DNA from: an uncultured bacterium
GTDB lineage: Bacteria > Auribacterota > Erginobacteria > Erginobacterales > Erginobacteraceae
DNA: 64,000 nt
Direction of reading: 5' to 3'
NCBI GenBank assembly: GCA_963822585.1
Contig: CAWGIE010000036.1
Coordinates: 266,642-330,641 of the forward strand
The translations under genes were made by a program, and so were the position numbers. The notes beneath the pieces are model-generated. The model did no database searches. It saw only the letters and a program-made list of their open reading frames with translations, and was not told where the DNA came from. Positions within the stretch are counted from its first letter, which is position 1. Each line of letters starts with the position of its first letter. Shown one piece after another: positions 10,248-22,223 of this stretch.

Positions 10248-11185
10248 AGGGTCCGCGCGTGGGCGGCGATGGAAGAGGACAAGGCGTCAAGGTCGTATCC
10301 TCCCTCCAGGACCGAGACCAGACGGCCGAGGGCGTATTCATCGGCGATATCGGCCACCAGGGACGTCAGCCCCGCGTATCCGGCATCGGTCAGATCCATC
10401 CCGGCCAACGGATCCCGCCGGTGACCGTCAAAACCGGCCGAGATAAAGACAAACTCGGGCCGGAAACGATCCATGGCGGGGACCAGTTGATCTCGAAAGA
10501 CGCTCAGGTATTCCCTGTCCCCTGATCCGGCCGGAAGCGGGACGTTCAGGGTGTAGCCCTCTCCCTTCCCCGTGCCGGTCTCTTCGGCGGATCCGGACCC
10601 CGGGTAATGGGGGAACTGGTGGACACTGAAATAAAATACGCTCCGATCCGCGTAAAACGCGTCCTGGGTGCCGTTTCCGTGATGCACGTCCCAGTCAACG
10701 ATAACCACCCGCCGGAGACTGTACTTCCGCTGCACATAACGCGCCCCGATCGCCGTGTTATTAAAAACACAGAACCCCATCGCCCGGTCGGCCAAGGCGT
10801 GGTGGCCCGGGGGGCGGACCGCGCAGAAGCAGTTCCGGACCGTCCCGGCCATCACCGCGTCCACGGCGGAGAGCACGCCCCCGGCCGCGTAAAGGGCGGC
10901 CCGGTAGGATCCGGGGGAGACAACGGTCTCAATCCCGTCGAGCAGCCGGACGCCCCGCCTGCTCATCTCCTGAGCCCACGCGACGTAGGCGGGGTCATGC
11001 ACCATTTCGATCTCCGACGGTTCGGCCGCGCGGGGTTCAATCCCGAACAGGTGATTGAGTATCCCTCGCGATCTCAGTCCGTCCATGATCGCGGTCAGCC
11101 GCCGCCCGGATTCAGGGTGCCCCCCGGTATCGTGTTCCAGGTATATATCCGAATAGACCAGACCGGTCTTGTGTTCCATCGTCAC
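10229..11185 (-). CDS. Histone deacetylase family (AcuC/AphA-like) Zn amidohydrolase
   Basis: HPE, RPPGHHA, GFCVFN, DWDVHHGNGTQ, SAGFD, LEGGY. Confidence 0.95.
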   Translation of the reverse strand: MTMEHKTGLVYSDIYLEHDTGGHPESGRRLTAIMDGLRSRGILNHLFGIEPRAAEPSEIEMVHDPAYVAWAQEMSRRGVRLLDGIETVVSPGSYRAALYAAGGVLSAVDAVMAGTVRNCFCAVRPPGHHALADRAMGFCVFNNTAIGARYVQRKYSLRRVVIVDWDVHHGNGTQDAFYADRSVFYFSVHQFPHYPGSGSAEETGTGKGEGYTLNVPLPAGSGDREYLSVFRDQLVPAMDRFRPEFVFISAGFDGHRRDPLAGMDLTDAGYAGLTSLVADIADEYALGRLVSVLEGGYDLDALSSSIAAHARTLLDVGR

Positions 11186-11220
11186 ACCGTGACTTGTTCC
11201 CGGGCAATGGGTGTAAAATA

Positions 11221-11255
11221 TTCAACGTTGAACGTTCAACGTTGAACGTTCAACG
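11221..11255. repeat. AACGTT(C/G) heptamer array (self-complementary)
   Basis: TTCAACGTTGAACGTTCAACGTTGAACGTTCAACG; overlaps the stop of ORF 11250..12740. Confidence 0.8.
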
Positions 11256-12740
11256 AAAAGCGGACCCGGTATCCTGGTTGATACGGCGCATCTCGTCGAT
11301 TCCGTATTGCGTCCCGATCCTCCGGTCCGCCTCGGGGAGCGAATCAACCGGGAGGATGATCTCCCGATTGAACTCCTCCATGATAAAACGATGGAACCCT
11401 CTCTCGGGATGCCCGAGGGCTTCAACAACGTCCTCCAATTTCCCGATCGGACGCCCGTTCACCTTCGACACGACCATGTCCTCCATCCTCTGGTAGCCGA
11501 GATTGATGCCATCGGGGAGGAGCCTGTTCAGGATTACGATCCGTTCCCGGCCCGGGCGACGGTGACGGGAGTTATAAAAATAATGATAAAGGAATTTCTT
11601 ATTCGCGGCCGTCTGCCAGTTCGGGCCCCATTCCTTCAAATAATCGGCGGTCAGTTCCTGGAGAATCAGACCGCCAACGATAAGATATTTCGTGGGCGTA
11701 CCGCAGCTGTAAGGAGGGATCAGATAATCCGATCGAACCCACCTCTTCATCTCGATCGGCAACCGGAGAATAGTGCCGTCCCGGAAAATCTCGACCTCAA
11801 CCGTATCCCCGGGATAATGGAAGCGGGAAAAAAGATCACGGTAATCGAGCCGGCCCCAGAGAGTGTCCCGGTAATACCCGTCGGCGTCAATGGCATGGCC
11901 GGCCACCGAAAGAAGAACATCCCCTTCTTTCAGCGTCCCCGCGGCCGACCCGCCGGGAAAAATCGTGTGAATATAGAGGCCTCCGACGTCGGGGGGAAGA
12001 CGCAGGAACTTCCGGAAAACAGGATCCCGAACCGCCGATCCCGCGAAACCGTGGAAGGGGAAGCCCCGGTACCGGCCGCCGCTGGATGCTTCCAGGAAAT
12101 GTCGGATGATGGAGGACGGGATGATGGTGGCATACTGCTCCTTGCTGTTGTAAGACATAGTAAGGCCAACCAGCTTGCCGTCGGCAAAGACCGGCTCGCT
12201 CCAGCCGCCGCCCCGGTCCTCGAAGTTAACGGCCGCGCCGTAGGCGAGAAAACTGTCGAGGCCCAGGTAATACTGCTCCACCGAGACTTTCACGATCTCT
12301 CCCGGGATCGCCCGGATATTGTCCGACTCCTCGAATACCAGGAACTTGACCGGCTGATCGATCCTGACCTTCTCTTCCAATTCGACCGGCTTGAGATCGT
12401 TAAAAAAAGAGTCGTCATCGACGGTTAAAACCGCCAGGTCGGCGTCGTAGTCAATGGCCTCGATTTTACCCGGATAGTATTTCTTCTCCGTGTTCTTCTC
12501 CACCTTGATCATGGTGGCATCCTTTACAATATCGGCCGTCGTCAAGATCTTCCGGGAGGGGAGGATACAGCCATAACCCGAACGGGAGGCGGCCTTTTTC
12601 TTCTGCCAGGGGCTGGAATAATTAGTTTCCTGATACGTCACGTAGAGTTTCACGGGGGTATCCACGGCGGGGAACGACGGGGCCGCGCAGAGATGAATTC
12701 CCAAACAGACAATACCGTAAAGAAACAACGTTTTCTTCAT
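11250..12740 (-). CDS. Secreted Deg/HtrA-like PDZ protein with degenerate catalytic triad (pseudo-protease)
   Basis: Signal peptide; colinear with the neighbouring protease but has LTTADIV (His absent) and EDRGGGWSEP in place of PGNSGGP; two PDZ-like regions. Confidence 0.75.
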   Translation of the reverse strand: MKKTLFLYGIVCLGIHLCAAPSFPAVDTPVKLYVTYQETNYSSPWQKKKAASRSGYGCILPSRKILTTADIVKDATMIKVEKNTEKKYYPGKIEAIDYDADLAVLTVDDDSFFNDLKPVELEEKVRIDQPVKFLVFEESDNIRAIPGEIVKVSVEQYYLGLDSFLAYGAAVNFEDRGGGWSEPVFADGKLVGLTMSYNSKEQYATIIPSSIIRHFLEASSGGRYRGFPFHGFAGSAVRDPVFRKFLRLPPDVGGLYIHTIFPGGSAAGTLKEGDVLLSVAGHAIDADGYYRDTLWGRLDYRDLFSRFHYPGDTVEVEIFRDGTILRLPIEMKRWVRSDYLIPPYSCGTPTKYLIVGGLILQELTADYLKEWGPNWQTAANKKFLYHYFYNSRHRRPGRERIVILNRLLPDGINLGYQRMEDMVVSKVNGRPIGKLEDVVEALGHPERGFHRFIMEEFNREIILPVDSLPEADRRIGTQYGIDEMRRINQDTGSAFR

Positions 12741-12746
12741 CGCCGG

Positions 12747-14291
12747 TTAATTTCCCGCCTCTTCGTGCTCTTCTTCCGCTGGACCGAGGAACCGGTCGGT
12801 CCGGATCTGATATCTCTCCAGTATTCGGGCATTCGCTTCCTTCAGCTGCCCGGCGTCCAGAATACAGGGGGGGCTGTCGCCTGCAAATTTGATGATGTGA
12901 AAACCACCGGTCTCCTCGTCAAAGGCGGCGACCAGATCGCGCAGGGAATCTATCTTCCGGCCGTTCACGCTGCTGACCACCTGGTCGGAAAGATCCGTAT
13001 AGTACTGGTTGACCGGCGCCGGCAGGACCCGGGAGAGAAGAATTATTTGGGGGTGCTCGCGGTATAACCTATCCTGGTCATAATAATAAAAATAATAAAG
13101 CAGACGGGGATCGGATCGATCCCACCAATCGTTCTTCCAGGTCTTCAAATACTCCCGGGTGAGCGGCTGGAAAAGAAATCCCCCATAGACGAAATACTCC
13201 GGCTGTTCTTCGTATTCGTTCCAGGACTTCAGCGACTCCCTGTTTTTTTCCAGCGGGATCCGGCAGGGAATAATCTCCCCTCCTCTCATGACCTCGATCA
13301 CCACCTCGTCACCCACCTGCTTGCGCTCCACTACCTCCTCGAGCTGGTAGCTCTCCTGGTCGATCAGGATCGTCCCGTCGTTTCTGATCGGATTGCCGTC
13401 GATGGCCAGGAGAACATCCCCGGGGAAGATAAAGCCGCTGGCGGAATGGCCTTCAACCACATCCGAGACCGCGACCCCCGTCTTCCCGGCTGGCAGGCCC
13501 ACGAAATCGCGATAAGCAGGGTTCAGGAGATCGGCCGTGATAATGCCAAGGTCCGGATATCCGTCATACCGGCCGTCCGCAATGTCTTCCAGAAAATGAT
13601 TGATCACCGTGATCGGGATGACGTGGCCGACGTTTTCCGAAGGCTCGACGGCCTGGAAGGCAATCCCGGCGATTTCACCGTTCTGCAGAACCGGACCACC
13701 GGAATTGCCGGGGTTGATGGCGGCATCGATCTGCAGAATAAGATGATAGTCCCGGGCGGAATGACTGTAGAGTGTATAGTCGATGCGGGAAACAATGCCC
13801 CGGGTAACCGAGATGCGCCGGCCGCCGGCGGGGAAACCGTATACCAGCACCATCGACCCGAGTTCGGGTATTTTCTCGCTGAAGGGGATATATGTGGTGT
13901 CGTCGAAAAAAGAGGGGTCAAGGACATCGACCAGTGCCAGATCGCAATCATGCCCGATGTACGACACCACCCCCCGGTATGGTGTTCCGCTGTTTTCCTG
14001 CTCGATCTCCAGATAGGTGGAATCGCTGACGACATGAGCGCTGGTAAGGATGTGGTTGCCGGCAATAATAACCCCGGAACCGCGGCCGGTCGAGAAATCC
14101 CTTTTTCCCCAGGGCGCCTCGTAATCCGGACGCTGGCTGACATTTCTGACCTTGACCACCGCCGATCGGACGCGGGCGTTGCTCCCCTCCCCCTCTGCCG
14201 GGCCCGGGAAGCCGGCCGGGGCGGCGGAGACGGAAAGAACCGAAACCGCCGTTATTATCCCGAAGAGGAGATGTGTTATTGGGTTTTTCAT
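12747..14291 (-). CDS. Secreted trypsin-like serine protease with PDZ domains (Deg2/Deg9-like HtrA)
   Basis: Signal peptide; GSG, LTSAHVV, DCDLA, DAAINPGNSGGP; C-terminal YFVYGGFLFQPLT PDZ region. Confidence 0.9.
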   Translation of the reverse strand: MKNPITHLLFGIITAVSVLSVSAAPAGFPGPAEGEGSNARVRSAVVKVRNVSQRPDYEAPWGKRDFSTGRGSGVIIAGNHILTSAHVVSDSTYLEIEQENSGTPYRGVVSYIGHDCDLALVDVLDPSFFDDTTYIPFSEKIPELGSMVLVYGFPAGGRRISVTRGIVSRIDYTLYSHSARDYHLILQIDAAINPGNSGGPVLQNGEIAGIAFQAVEPSENVGHVIPITVINHFLEDIADGRYDGYPDLGIITADLLNPAYRDFVGLPAGKTGVAVSDVVEGHSASGFIFPGDVLLAIDGNPIRNDGTILIDQESYQLEEVVERKQVGDEVVIEVMRGGEIIPCRIPLEKNRESLKSWNEYEEQPEYFVYGGFLFQPLTREYLKTWKNDWWDRSDPRLLYYFYYYDQDRLYREHPQIILLSRVLPAPVNQYYTDLSDQVVSSVNGRKIDSLRDLVAAFDEETGGFHIIKFAGDSPPCILDAGQLKEANARILERYQIRTDRFLGPAEEEHEEAGN

Positions 14292-14349
14292 ACTTATAAC
14301 CGGCGGAATTCAGAGTCAAACCATCACTTCACTTGAATAACTGACGGGG

Positions 14350-14427
14350 GTGTTGGAGTAATGGAATCCGGGATGGGGGGAGGGCGAAATCCAATACTCC
14401 ACTATTCCAATACTCCATTACTCCATC
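14350..14427. repeat. Inverted ACTCCATY octamer arrays
   Basis: TGGAGTAATGGA ... TCCAATACTCCACTATTCCAATACTCCATTACTCCATC; the same family recurs at 22143-22223, 31576-31618, 38483-38566 and 39766-39847. Confidence 0.8.
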
Positions 14428-14469
14428 TTTTTATGAGTTCGCGTCCGCTTTCACCTTGTCCTCTTCAGG

Positions 14470-15621
14470 TTACGGAACGTTCACCAACATATATTCCCGG
14501 GAACCGATCCCGGCGGCGGCGGCGGCGGCCAGAAACGGCTCCACCTCGATACCGAAAAGAGTCTTGAACGGGTCCTTCACCCGGGGAAGACAACAATACC
14601 GGGCGATGACGGCCGGGGACACCTTCTTCATCGAGACCCGGAGTTTTTTCACCACCGCCGTCGATCCCGGGATCAGGGGAGATTGCCGAACCAGATCAAT
14701 CGAGGCCTGGTCAACGGCGACGATGTCCCGCGAGGCCAGAATTCCCTGGTCGGGGATGAAGGGGGGCTCGCTCCAATCGCAGCAATCGCAGTCCGGGGCG
14801 ACGGTGATCAGGAAGTTCAGGTAGAGAGACTTTTTGCCCTTCCCGGCCAGGACCGACCGCGCGTAGGCGGCCGATTTCTCGGCCAGGGGGCCGGAATCCG
14901 TCTTCCAGATCGGAGGGATGGCGCCCGCCGGACAGACGGCGATACACTCTCCGCAGCCGATACAAACCCGGGGGTTGATCCGGGCGGGACCGTCATCTTC
15001 CCGGGAGATGGCGCTGACCGGGCAATATCTGACACAGGTCCCGCACCGGGAGCATTTCTTCGTGTTTACCACCGGTTTCAGATCGCTGTGCATGACCTGC
15101 TTTCCCGCGGGGGAGGCAAGCCCCATGCTGACGTTCTTGATCGCCCCCGCATAGCCGAAGACGACATGCCCGGTGACATGGGTGATGGCCAGGATCCCAT
15201 CAGCCTCCCGGGCCATCCGGGCGATCCGGACTGGTCGGTCTCCGATGGAGTTGTTCCTCTCCTCAATGAACTCATCGGCAATGACAATCGGCGCCCCGAT
15301 ATACTCTTCCGAGAAACCGTGGTGACGCGCGGTGAGCAGGTGATCTTGCGTTTCATGGCGGCTGCCCCGGTAAAGGGTATTGGTATCGGTCAGGAAGGGC
15401 TCTGCTCCCAGATCTTTGAGCTTCGCCACCAGGAGACGGGCAAAAGCCGGATTGAGATACGTGGTATTTCCTTCCTCGCCGAAATGGACCTTTACCGCCA
15501 CCCGGTCTCCGCGGCCGAAGATCTTCGCCCCGCCGCTCCGGTCGAACAGATCGGAAAGTTTATCCAGGAGAGAGCGACGGGCATGGGCGGTTGGATCCGT
15601 AAAATATACTTTTGATTTCAT
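14470..15621 (-). CDS. DUF362 domain 4Fe-4S protein
   Basis: VAVKVHFGEEGN, FLTDTNTLYRGSR, GAIKNVSMGLAS, two CxxCxxCxxxCP motifs, PDCDC. Confidence 0.9.
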   Translation of the reverse strand: MKSKVYFTDPTAHARRSLLDKLSDLFDRSGGAKIFGRGDRVAVKVHFGEEGNTTYLNPAFARLLVAKLKDLGAEPFLTDTNTLYRGSRHETQDHLLTARHHGFSEEYIGAPIVIADEFIEERNNSIGDRPVRIARMAREADGILAITHVTGHVVFGYAGAIKNVSMGLASPAGKQVMHSDLKPVVNTKKCSRCGTCVRYCPVSAISREDDGPARINPRVCIGCGECIAVCPAGAIPPIWKTDSGPLAEKSAAYARSVLAGKGKKSLYLNFLITVAPDCDCCDWSEPPFIPDQGILASRDIVAVDQASIDLVRQSPLIPGSTAVVKKLRVSMKKVSPAVIARYCCLPRVKDPFKTLFGIEVEPFLAAAAAAGIGSREYMLVNVP

Positions 15622-15634
15622 TGCCGGCCATTAT

Positions 15635-15704
15635 AACCACGAAGAACACGAAGGGCACGAAGAAAAACATTCAGGAACTTCGTGTCCTTTGTGTTCTTTC
15701 TTGT
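15635..15704. repeat. Inverted CACGAAGNN 9-mer arrays
   Basis: AACCACGAAGAACACGAAGGGCACGAAG ... CTTCGTGTCCTTTGTGTTCTT; the family recurs at 23005-23104, 36397-36624 and 47658-47880. Confidence 0.8.
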
Positions 15705-15722
15705 AATTAACGGTGCGTTGAT

Positions 15723-18165
<2,443 letters not shown>

Positions 18166-18891
18166 CTACCGTCCGACTGCGAGGCGTTCGGCCAGAAAGC
18201 GGGGCAGCCCGGCGGCAAGAATTTTTTCCTGGGCTTTCCGGATCGGGTAGGCAACCCGGACGATCCGGATGATCTCCGCGCGGTCATCGAAGAGGATAAA
18301 AGACGCCCGGGGGTCACGATCCCGGGGTTGCCCGACACTCCCCGCGTTAATGAGATACCGGCAGCCGGGAGCCAGCCGCACTTCCTCATCCGGAACAAAA
18401 TCGATGACGCCTTCCTTCTCCCGGAAGAAACCGGGGAGATGGGAATGCCCGAAAAAGCAAAGTCGGCCGGGAAGACGATTAAACGATGGGCGGGCGTCGG
18501 CGGGAGAAAGCACATACTCCCAGTCCGGCGGAGCCGAAAGACTGCCGTGGACGAGGGCGATTTCGTCGATGAGCCGGGTAAGCGGGAGAGCGGCTAGATA
18601 CTCCTTCTCGGCTTGATCGAGCAGACCTTCAGTCCAGAAAATCGCCTGCCGCGCGCGCTCGTTGAAACTTTCGGCCGTGTCGAGGCCGCAGGCGGCGGCA
18701 TCATGATTGCCGAGCACCCCCAGCGGATTCAGCAACCGGAGTGTTTCCAGACAGGCCTTTGGATCGGCGCCGTAACCGACACTATCCCCCAGGCAGATAT
18801 ATCTATCTATCGAGAGCCGGCGGACGGCGGCGAGGACCGTTTGCAGTGCTTCCAGGTTACCATGAATGTCGGAGAGGATGGCGTATCTCAT
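18166..18891 (-). CDS. Calcineurin-like metallophosphoesterase
   Basis: SDIHGN, LGDSVGYG, GNHD, HGS, GHSH, NAGSVGQPRD. Confidence 0.93.
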   Translation of the reverse strand: MRYAILSDIHGNLEALQTVLAAVRRLSIDRYICLGDSVGYGADPKACLETLRLLNPLGVLGNHDAAACGLDTAESFNERARQAIFWTEGLLDQAEKEYLAALPLTRLIDEIALVHGSLSAPPDWEYVLSPADARPSFNRLPGRLCFFGHSHLPGFFREKEGVIDFVPDEEVRLAPGCRYLINAGSVGQPRDRDPRASFILFDDRAEIIRIVRVAYPIRKAQEKILAAGLPRFLAERLAVGR

Positions 18892-18970
18892 TTAAAATTT
18901 TTTCTGTGAAAAAATTTTAATCGGGCAGGCTCCACAGGGATAGAGAATGCGCCTAATTATGATACTTTAG

Positions 18971-19045
18971 TCGGGGCGGGGAGATTTGAACTCCCGACCT
19001 CACGGTCCCGAACCGTGCGCGCTAGCCGGACTGCGCTACGCCCCG
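18971..19045 (-). tRNA. tRNA-Pro (anticodon CGG), CCA not encoded
   Basis: Reverse complement CGGGGCGTAGCGCAGTCCGGCTAGCGCGCACGGTT-CGG-GACCGTGAGGTCGGGAGTTCAAATCTCCCCGCCCCGA folds as a cloverleaf. Confidence 0.97.
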
Positions 19046-19248
19046 AAAAATGAAACCTAAGGGACAAAGGTTAACCCGATTTATTCATAAATCGGGTTAG
19101 TTTTGAACCATGACCAAGCTTACATGAATAGCCACACGAAAAGATATTAATTTTATCAAATTATCCGGCAACGGATTACAGCCAAAGGCATACTTCTACG
19201 GGCCGCTTACCATGAAGAATAATATGTTTCCATTCCAGAGAAGAAAAA

Positions 19249-20590
19249 GGTTCCTCGCTATTTTCAGTGGCCCAAGAGTTCGGTATAAGGCATCATCTTA
19301 TGCATGAAGACACCAGAAAAGTTGTTCAGTGAGTTGTTGGGTTTGGGCCCGGCGTGGGCAGTTGAGGATGCGACATTCAAGGCCGAGAATAATATCGTAG
19401 AATTGCGCGTTAAAGAGACGCCTGAACTTTGGAAGATAGAACGCTGCCCTCACGATGGAAGCGATGGCGTGACCTGCCATGATCACATACGAGGGCTTCG
19501 ATGGCGACATTTGAACGTGTTCAACAAAGAAGTTGAAATCGTCTGCGATCTGCCTAGAGGGAAGTGTCCGAGGTGCGGAAAAGTATGGCGCGTGACCCCA
19601 CCGTGGGAAGGACGGGCGAAGCATTTTACGAAAGAGTTTGAAGCCTTTGCCCTGACCTTGATGCGGGAGATGCCGGTTAAAAAGGCCGCGGAGATTCTTG
19701 GCGAGCAAGACACCAGGATGTGGCGGGTTGTGAGTGCCTATGTGGAAGAGGCGTACAAGAGAGTGGATATGTCGGATGTTGTTTCCGTCGGGGTTGATGA
19801 GATGTCTCGAGCGAAGGGACATCGCTACCTGACGGTGTTTGCCGATTTGGTGCTCAAGCGAGTGTTGTTTGCAACCCCAGGTAAAGACAGCGAGACGTGG
19901 GCGCAGTTTACCAATGCGTTGGAGGACCATGAGGGGAAAGCGGAATCGCTTACGAGCGTATCGATGGATATGAGCAAGGCCTATGCGAAGGGAGTGCGCG
20001 AGAACTGCAGCAATGCCCGGGTAGTCTACGACAAGTTTCACGTGATTGCCCATGCCAACAAAGCGGTGGATCTTGTCCGCCAGAGCGAATCCCAGAGTGG
20101 GCGCCCGATAGTCCGGGAGACATTGGCCAAGAGTCGTTGGATCTGGCTGAAGAACCCGGAAAATCTGACCAAGAAACAGAAAGCCCGGTTGAAGCGGATT
20201 GATCAGGATATGCTGCTGACCGGAAGAGCATACCAGATGCGGCTGGCGCTGCAGGAGATTTACCGGCTCGGTTCTGTCACTGAGGCGGCCAAGCGATTTG
20301 GCGAATGGTGCCGCTGGGTTCAACGAGAAGCTCGCAAAACCAGCCGATGGCTTCTTTGTCATATGTCCCAGGTTGCCGATATGATCGAATCCCACATCGC
20401 TGGAATCCTGGCACACTGGGATCAGGGTGTGACCAATGCTTTTATGGAAGGGATTAATAGTGTTTTCTCCGCTGTTCGACGCAAGGCTCGTGGGTATCGA
20501 AGCTCCCGGAATATGATTACTATGCTCTACTTTGTCGCCGGTAAACTTCCTTCACCTGCTGAACTCAGCCACTGAAAATAGCGAGGAACC
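19249..20590 (+). mobile_element. ISL3-family insertion sequence, 1342 bp
   Basis: Perfect 22-bp IRs GGTTCCTCGCTATTTTCAGTGG (19249-19270, 20569-20590); 8-bp direct repeat AAGAAAAA (19241-19248, 20591-20598). Confidence 0.97.
19304..20575 (+). CDS. ISL3 family transposase
   Basis: N-terminal Cys motifs, WRHL, GVDE, SMDMS, YDKFHV, TNAFMEGINS, RKARGYRS. Confidence 0.97.
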   Translation: MKTPEKLFSELLGLGPAWAVEDATFKAENNIVELRVKETPELWKIERCPHDGSDGVTCHDHIRGLRWRHLNVFNKEVEIVCDLPRGKCPRCGKVWRVTPPWEGRAKHFTKEFEAFALTLMREMPVKKAAEILGEQDTRMWRVVSAYVEEAYKRVDMSDVVSVGVDEMSRAKGHRYLTVFADLVLKRVLFATPGKDSETWAQFTNALEDHEGKAESLTSVSMDMSKAYAKGVRENCSNARVVYDKFHVIAHANKAVDLVRQSESQSGRPIVRETLAKSRWIWLKNPENLTKKQKARLKRIDQDMLLTGRAYQMRLALQEIYRLGSVTEAAKRFGEWCRWVQREARKTSRWLLCHMSQVADMIESHIAGILAHWDQGVTNAFMEGINSVFSAVRRKARGYRSSRNMITMLYFVAGKLPSPAELSH

Positions 20591-20721
20591 AAGAAAAAGC
20601 ACAGTGCTGTCGCCGCATAAACAAGACTGCTATTCATAATACATTGAACGACAATTAGTAACCTGGATTATTCATGAAAAATGAAAATTTTCATGAATAA
20701 TCCAGGTTAAGGGTTAAGTTG

Positions 20722-21405
20722 TCAAGCAGCATTATCTGACTTTCGCCTCATGACCTTTTTATGCAACCAGATATAGACAACCAGGATCGCGATACAGGCT
20801 GATAGAATCCAGATCATATTCTCGCTGACCAGCTCTTTACCCTGACGGACTATCTCCGTATAGGTCATGGCCGTGGTCTGAAGGCCGAGATGGTAGCCGA
20901 TCGCCATCAGCACGATAATCCAGATCCCGGCCCCCAGGGCGGTAAAAAGACTGAACCGCCCGAAACGCATCCGGGAGAGTCCGGCCGGAAGGGATATCAG
21001 CTGTCGTATCGCGGGGATCAGCCGGGAGACGAACGTTGCCACCTCTCCGTATTCACGGAATATCTCCTCCGCCCGTTCCATTTTCTCGCGGGGAAGAAAG
21101 AAAAATCGACCGTATTTGTGCAGAAAGGGACGTCCCAATTTGAGGGCCAGGAAGTAATTGAAGTATGCTCCGGCTAATGAACCGGCCAGGCCGCAGAGAA
21201 AGGCCGTGGCCAGAGCCGCGGTGGGATCTCCCGGGAAAAACTCCGCCCGGGCCGCCCAGAAACCGGCGGGGATCATGATCACTTCGCTCGGAAAAGGTAT
21301 CAGAGATGACTCGATCGCCATGAAAAAGAAGACCAGCAGCGGCCCGCGCCAGGTGATCATCAGGTCGACCACGTTTTCCAGAATCGGCACCAAAGATTCG
21401 GTCAT
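20722..21405 (-). CDS. DedA family membrane protein
   Basis: MAIESSLIPFPSEVIMIPAG, SRLIPAIRQLISLPAG. Confidence 0.95.
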   Translation of the reverse strand: MTESLVPILENVVDLMITWRGPLLVFFFMAIESSLIPFPSEVIMIPAGFWAARAEFFPGDPTAALATAFLCGLAGSLAGAYFNYFLALKLGRPFLHKYGRFFFLPREKMERAEEIFREYGEVATFVSRLIPAIRQLISLPAGLSRMRFGRFSLFTALGAGIWIIVLMAIGYHLGLQTTAMTYTEIVRQGKELVSENMIWILSACIAILVVYIWLHKKVMRRKSDNAA

Positions 21406-21453
21406 AGGAGATGCTCCTGATTTGTTGTTTTGGACAAATGAACGGAAGCGGCC

Positions 21454-22119
21454 TTATTCTCCCCAGCCGTACTCCCCGATCAGCGGAACGAAGACGCAGC
21501 CGCCGTCATCTCTCTGGACAAACTTCCCCCCGGGCCTTTTTTCCACGATCAGGAGGCGCTGAGAATAACCGGCCCCGGCGGGTATGATCAGGCGCCCCCC
21601 CTCGGCCAGTTGTTCCAGCAGGGGGGGAGGGATGCCGGGTGAGCCGGCGGTAACGATAATGCCGTCATAGGGCGCGAACTCGGGCCAGCCCAGTGTCCCG
21701 TCGCCCACTTTGATGGCAATGTTGTCATACCCCCCTTTTTTAAGGATTTCACCGGTACGGAGGGCGATCGATTCGAGACGCTCCACGGAGTAGACCATGG
21801 CTGCCAGGCGGGAGAGAATCGCCGCCTGGTAACCGGATCCCGTCCCGATCTCCAAAATTTTTTCTCCGCCGTTCAGGCACAGATTCTGGGTCATCACCGC
21901 GACCATGTAAGGCTGGGAAATCGTCTGCCCCCCGCCGATCGGCACCGGATGGTCTCCGTAGGCCTCAGGCAGGCTTACCCCCGGGATGAATGCGTGCCGT
22001 GGCACTTCACGAAACGCGCGCAATACGCCGGGAGCGGTGATCCCCCGCGGCTCCAGCTGACGGGAAACCATGGCATCCCGCAGACGCGCTGCTGTTTCAT
22101 CGGCACCGTTTGTGTGCAT
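21454..22119 (-). CDS. pcm: Protein-L-isoaspartate O-methyltransferase
   Basis: VPRH, GQTISQPYMVA, LEIGTGSGYQAA, GDGTLGWPEFAPYD, FVPLIG. Confidence 0.97.
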   Translation of the reverse strand: MHTNGADETAARLRDAMVSRQLEPRGITAPGVLRAFREVPRHAFIPGVSLPEAYGDHPVPIGGGQTISQPYMVAVMTQNLCLNGGEKILEIGTGSGYQAAILSRLAAMVYSVERLESIALRTGEILKKGGYDNIAIKVGDGTLGWPEFAPYDGIIVTAGSPGIPPPLLEQLAEGGRLIIPAGAGYSQRLLIVEKRPGGKFVQRDDGGCVFVPLIGEYGWGE

Positions 22120-22142
22120 AATGAGATATCAGTTACCGCTCC

Positions 22143-22223
22143 GGAGTAATGGAGTGGTGGAGTAGTGGAGTGTTGGGGGCTGGTACTCCATCACTCCATC
22201 ACTCCATCATTCCATCACTCCAT
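22143..22223. repeat. Inverted ACTCCATC octamer arrays
   Basis: GGAGTAATGGAGTGGTGGAGTAGTGGAGTG ... ACTCCATCACTCCATCACTCCATCATTCCATCACTCCAT; supplies the stop of the GT2 gene. Confidence 0.85.

Larger units (their letters stand above)
19071..20710. mobile_element. Hairpin-ended ~290-bp non-autonomous element, interrupted by ISL3
   Basis: 19071-19248 plus 20599-20710 align in reverse with the intact copy at 53827-54118; TTAA at both ends. Confidence 0.85.

Noticed and set aside
6884..12428. Long plus-strand ORFs (6884..8137, 9097..10446, 11307..12428); likewise 27932..28969 and 19298..20416
   Set aside because: These are antisense shadows of well-supported genes in GC-rich DNA, with no recognisable motifs.
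18971..20710. tRNA-anchored genomic island or prophage
   Set aside because: The insertions are on the 5' side of the tRNA. There is no duplicated tRNA 3' end, no integrase and no phage genes.
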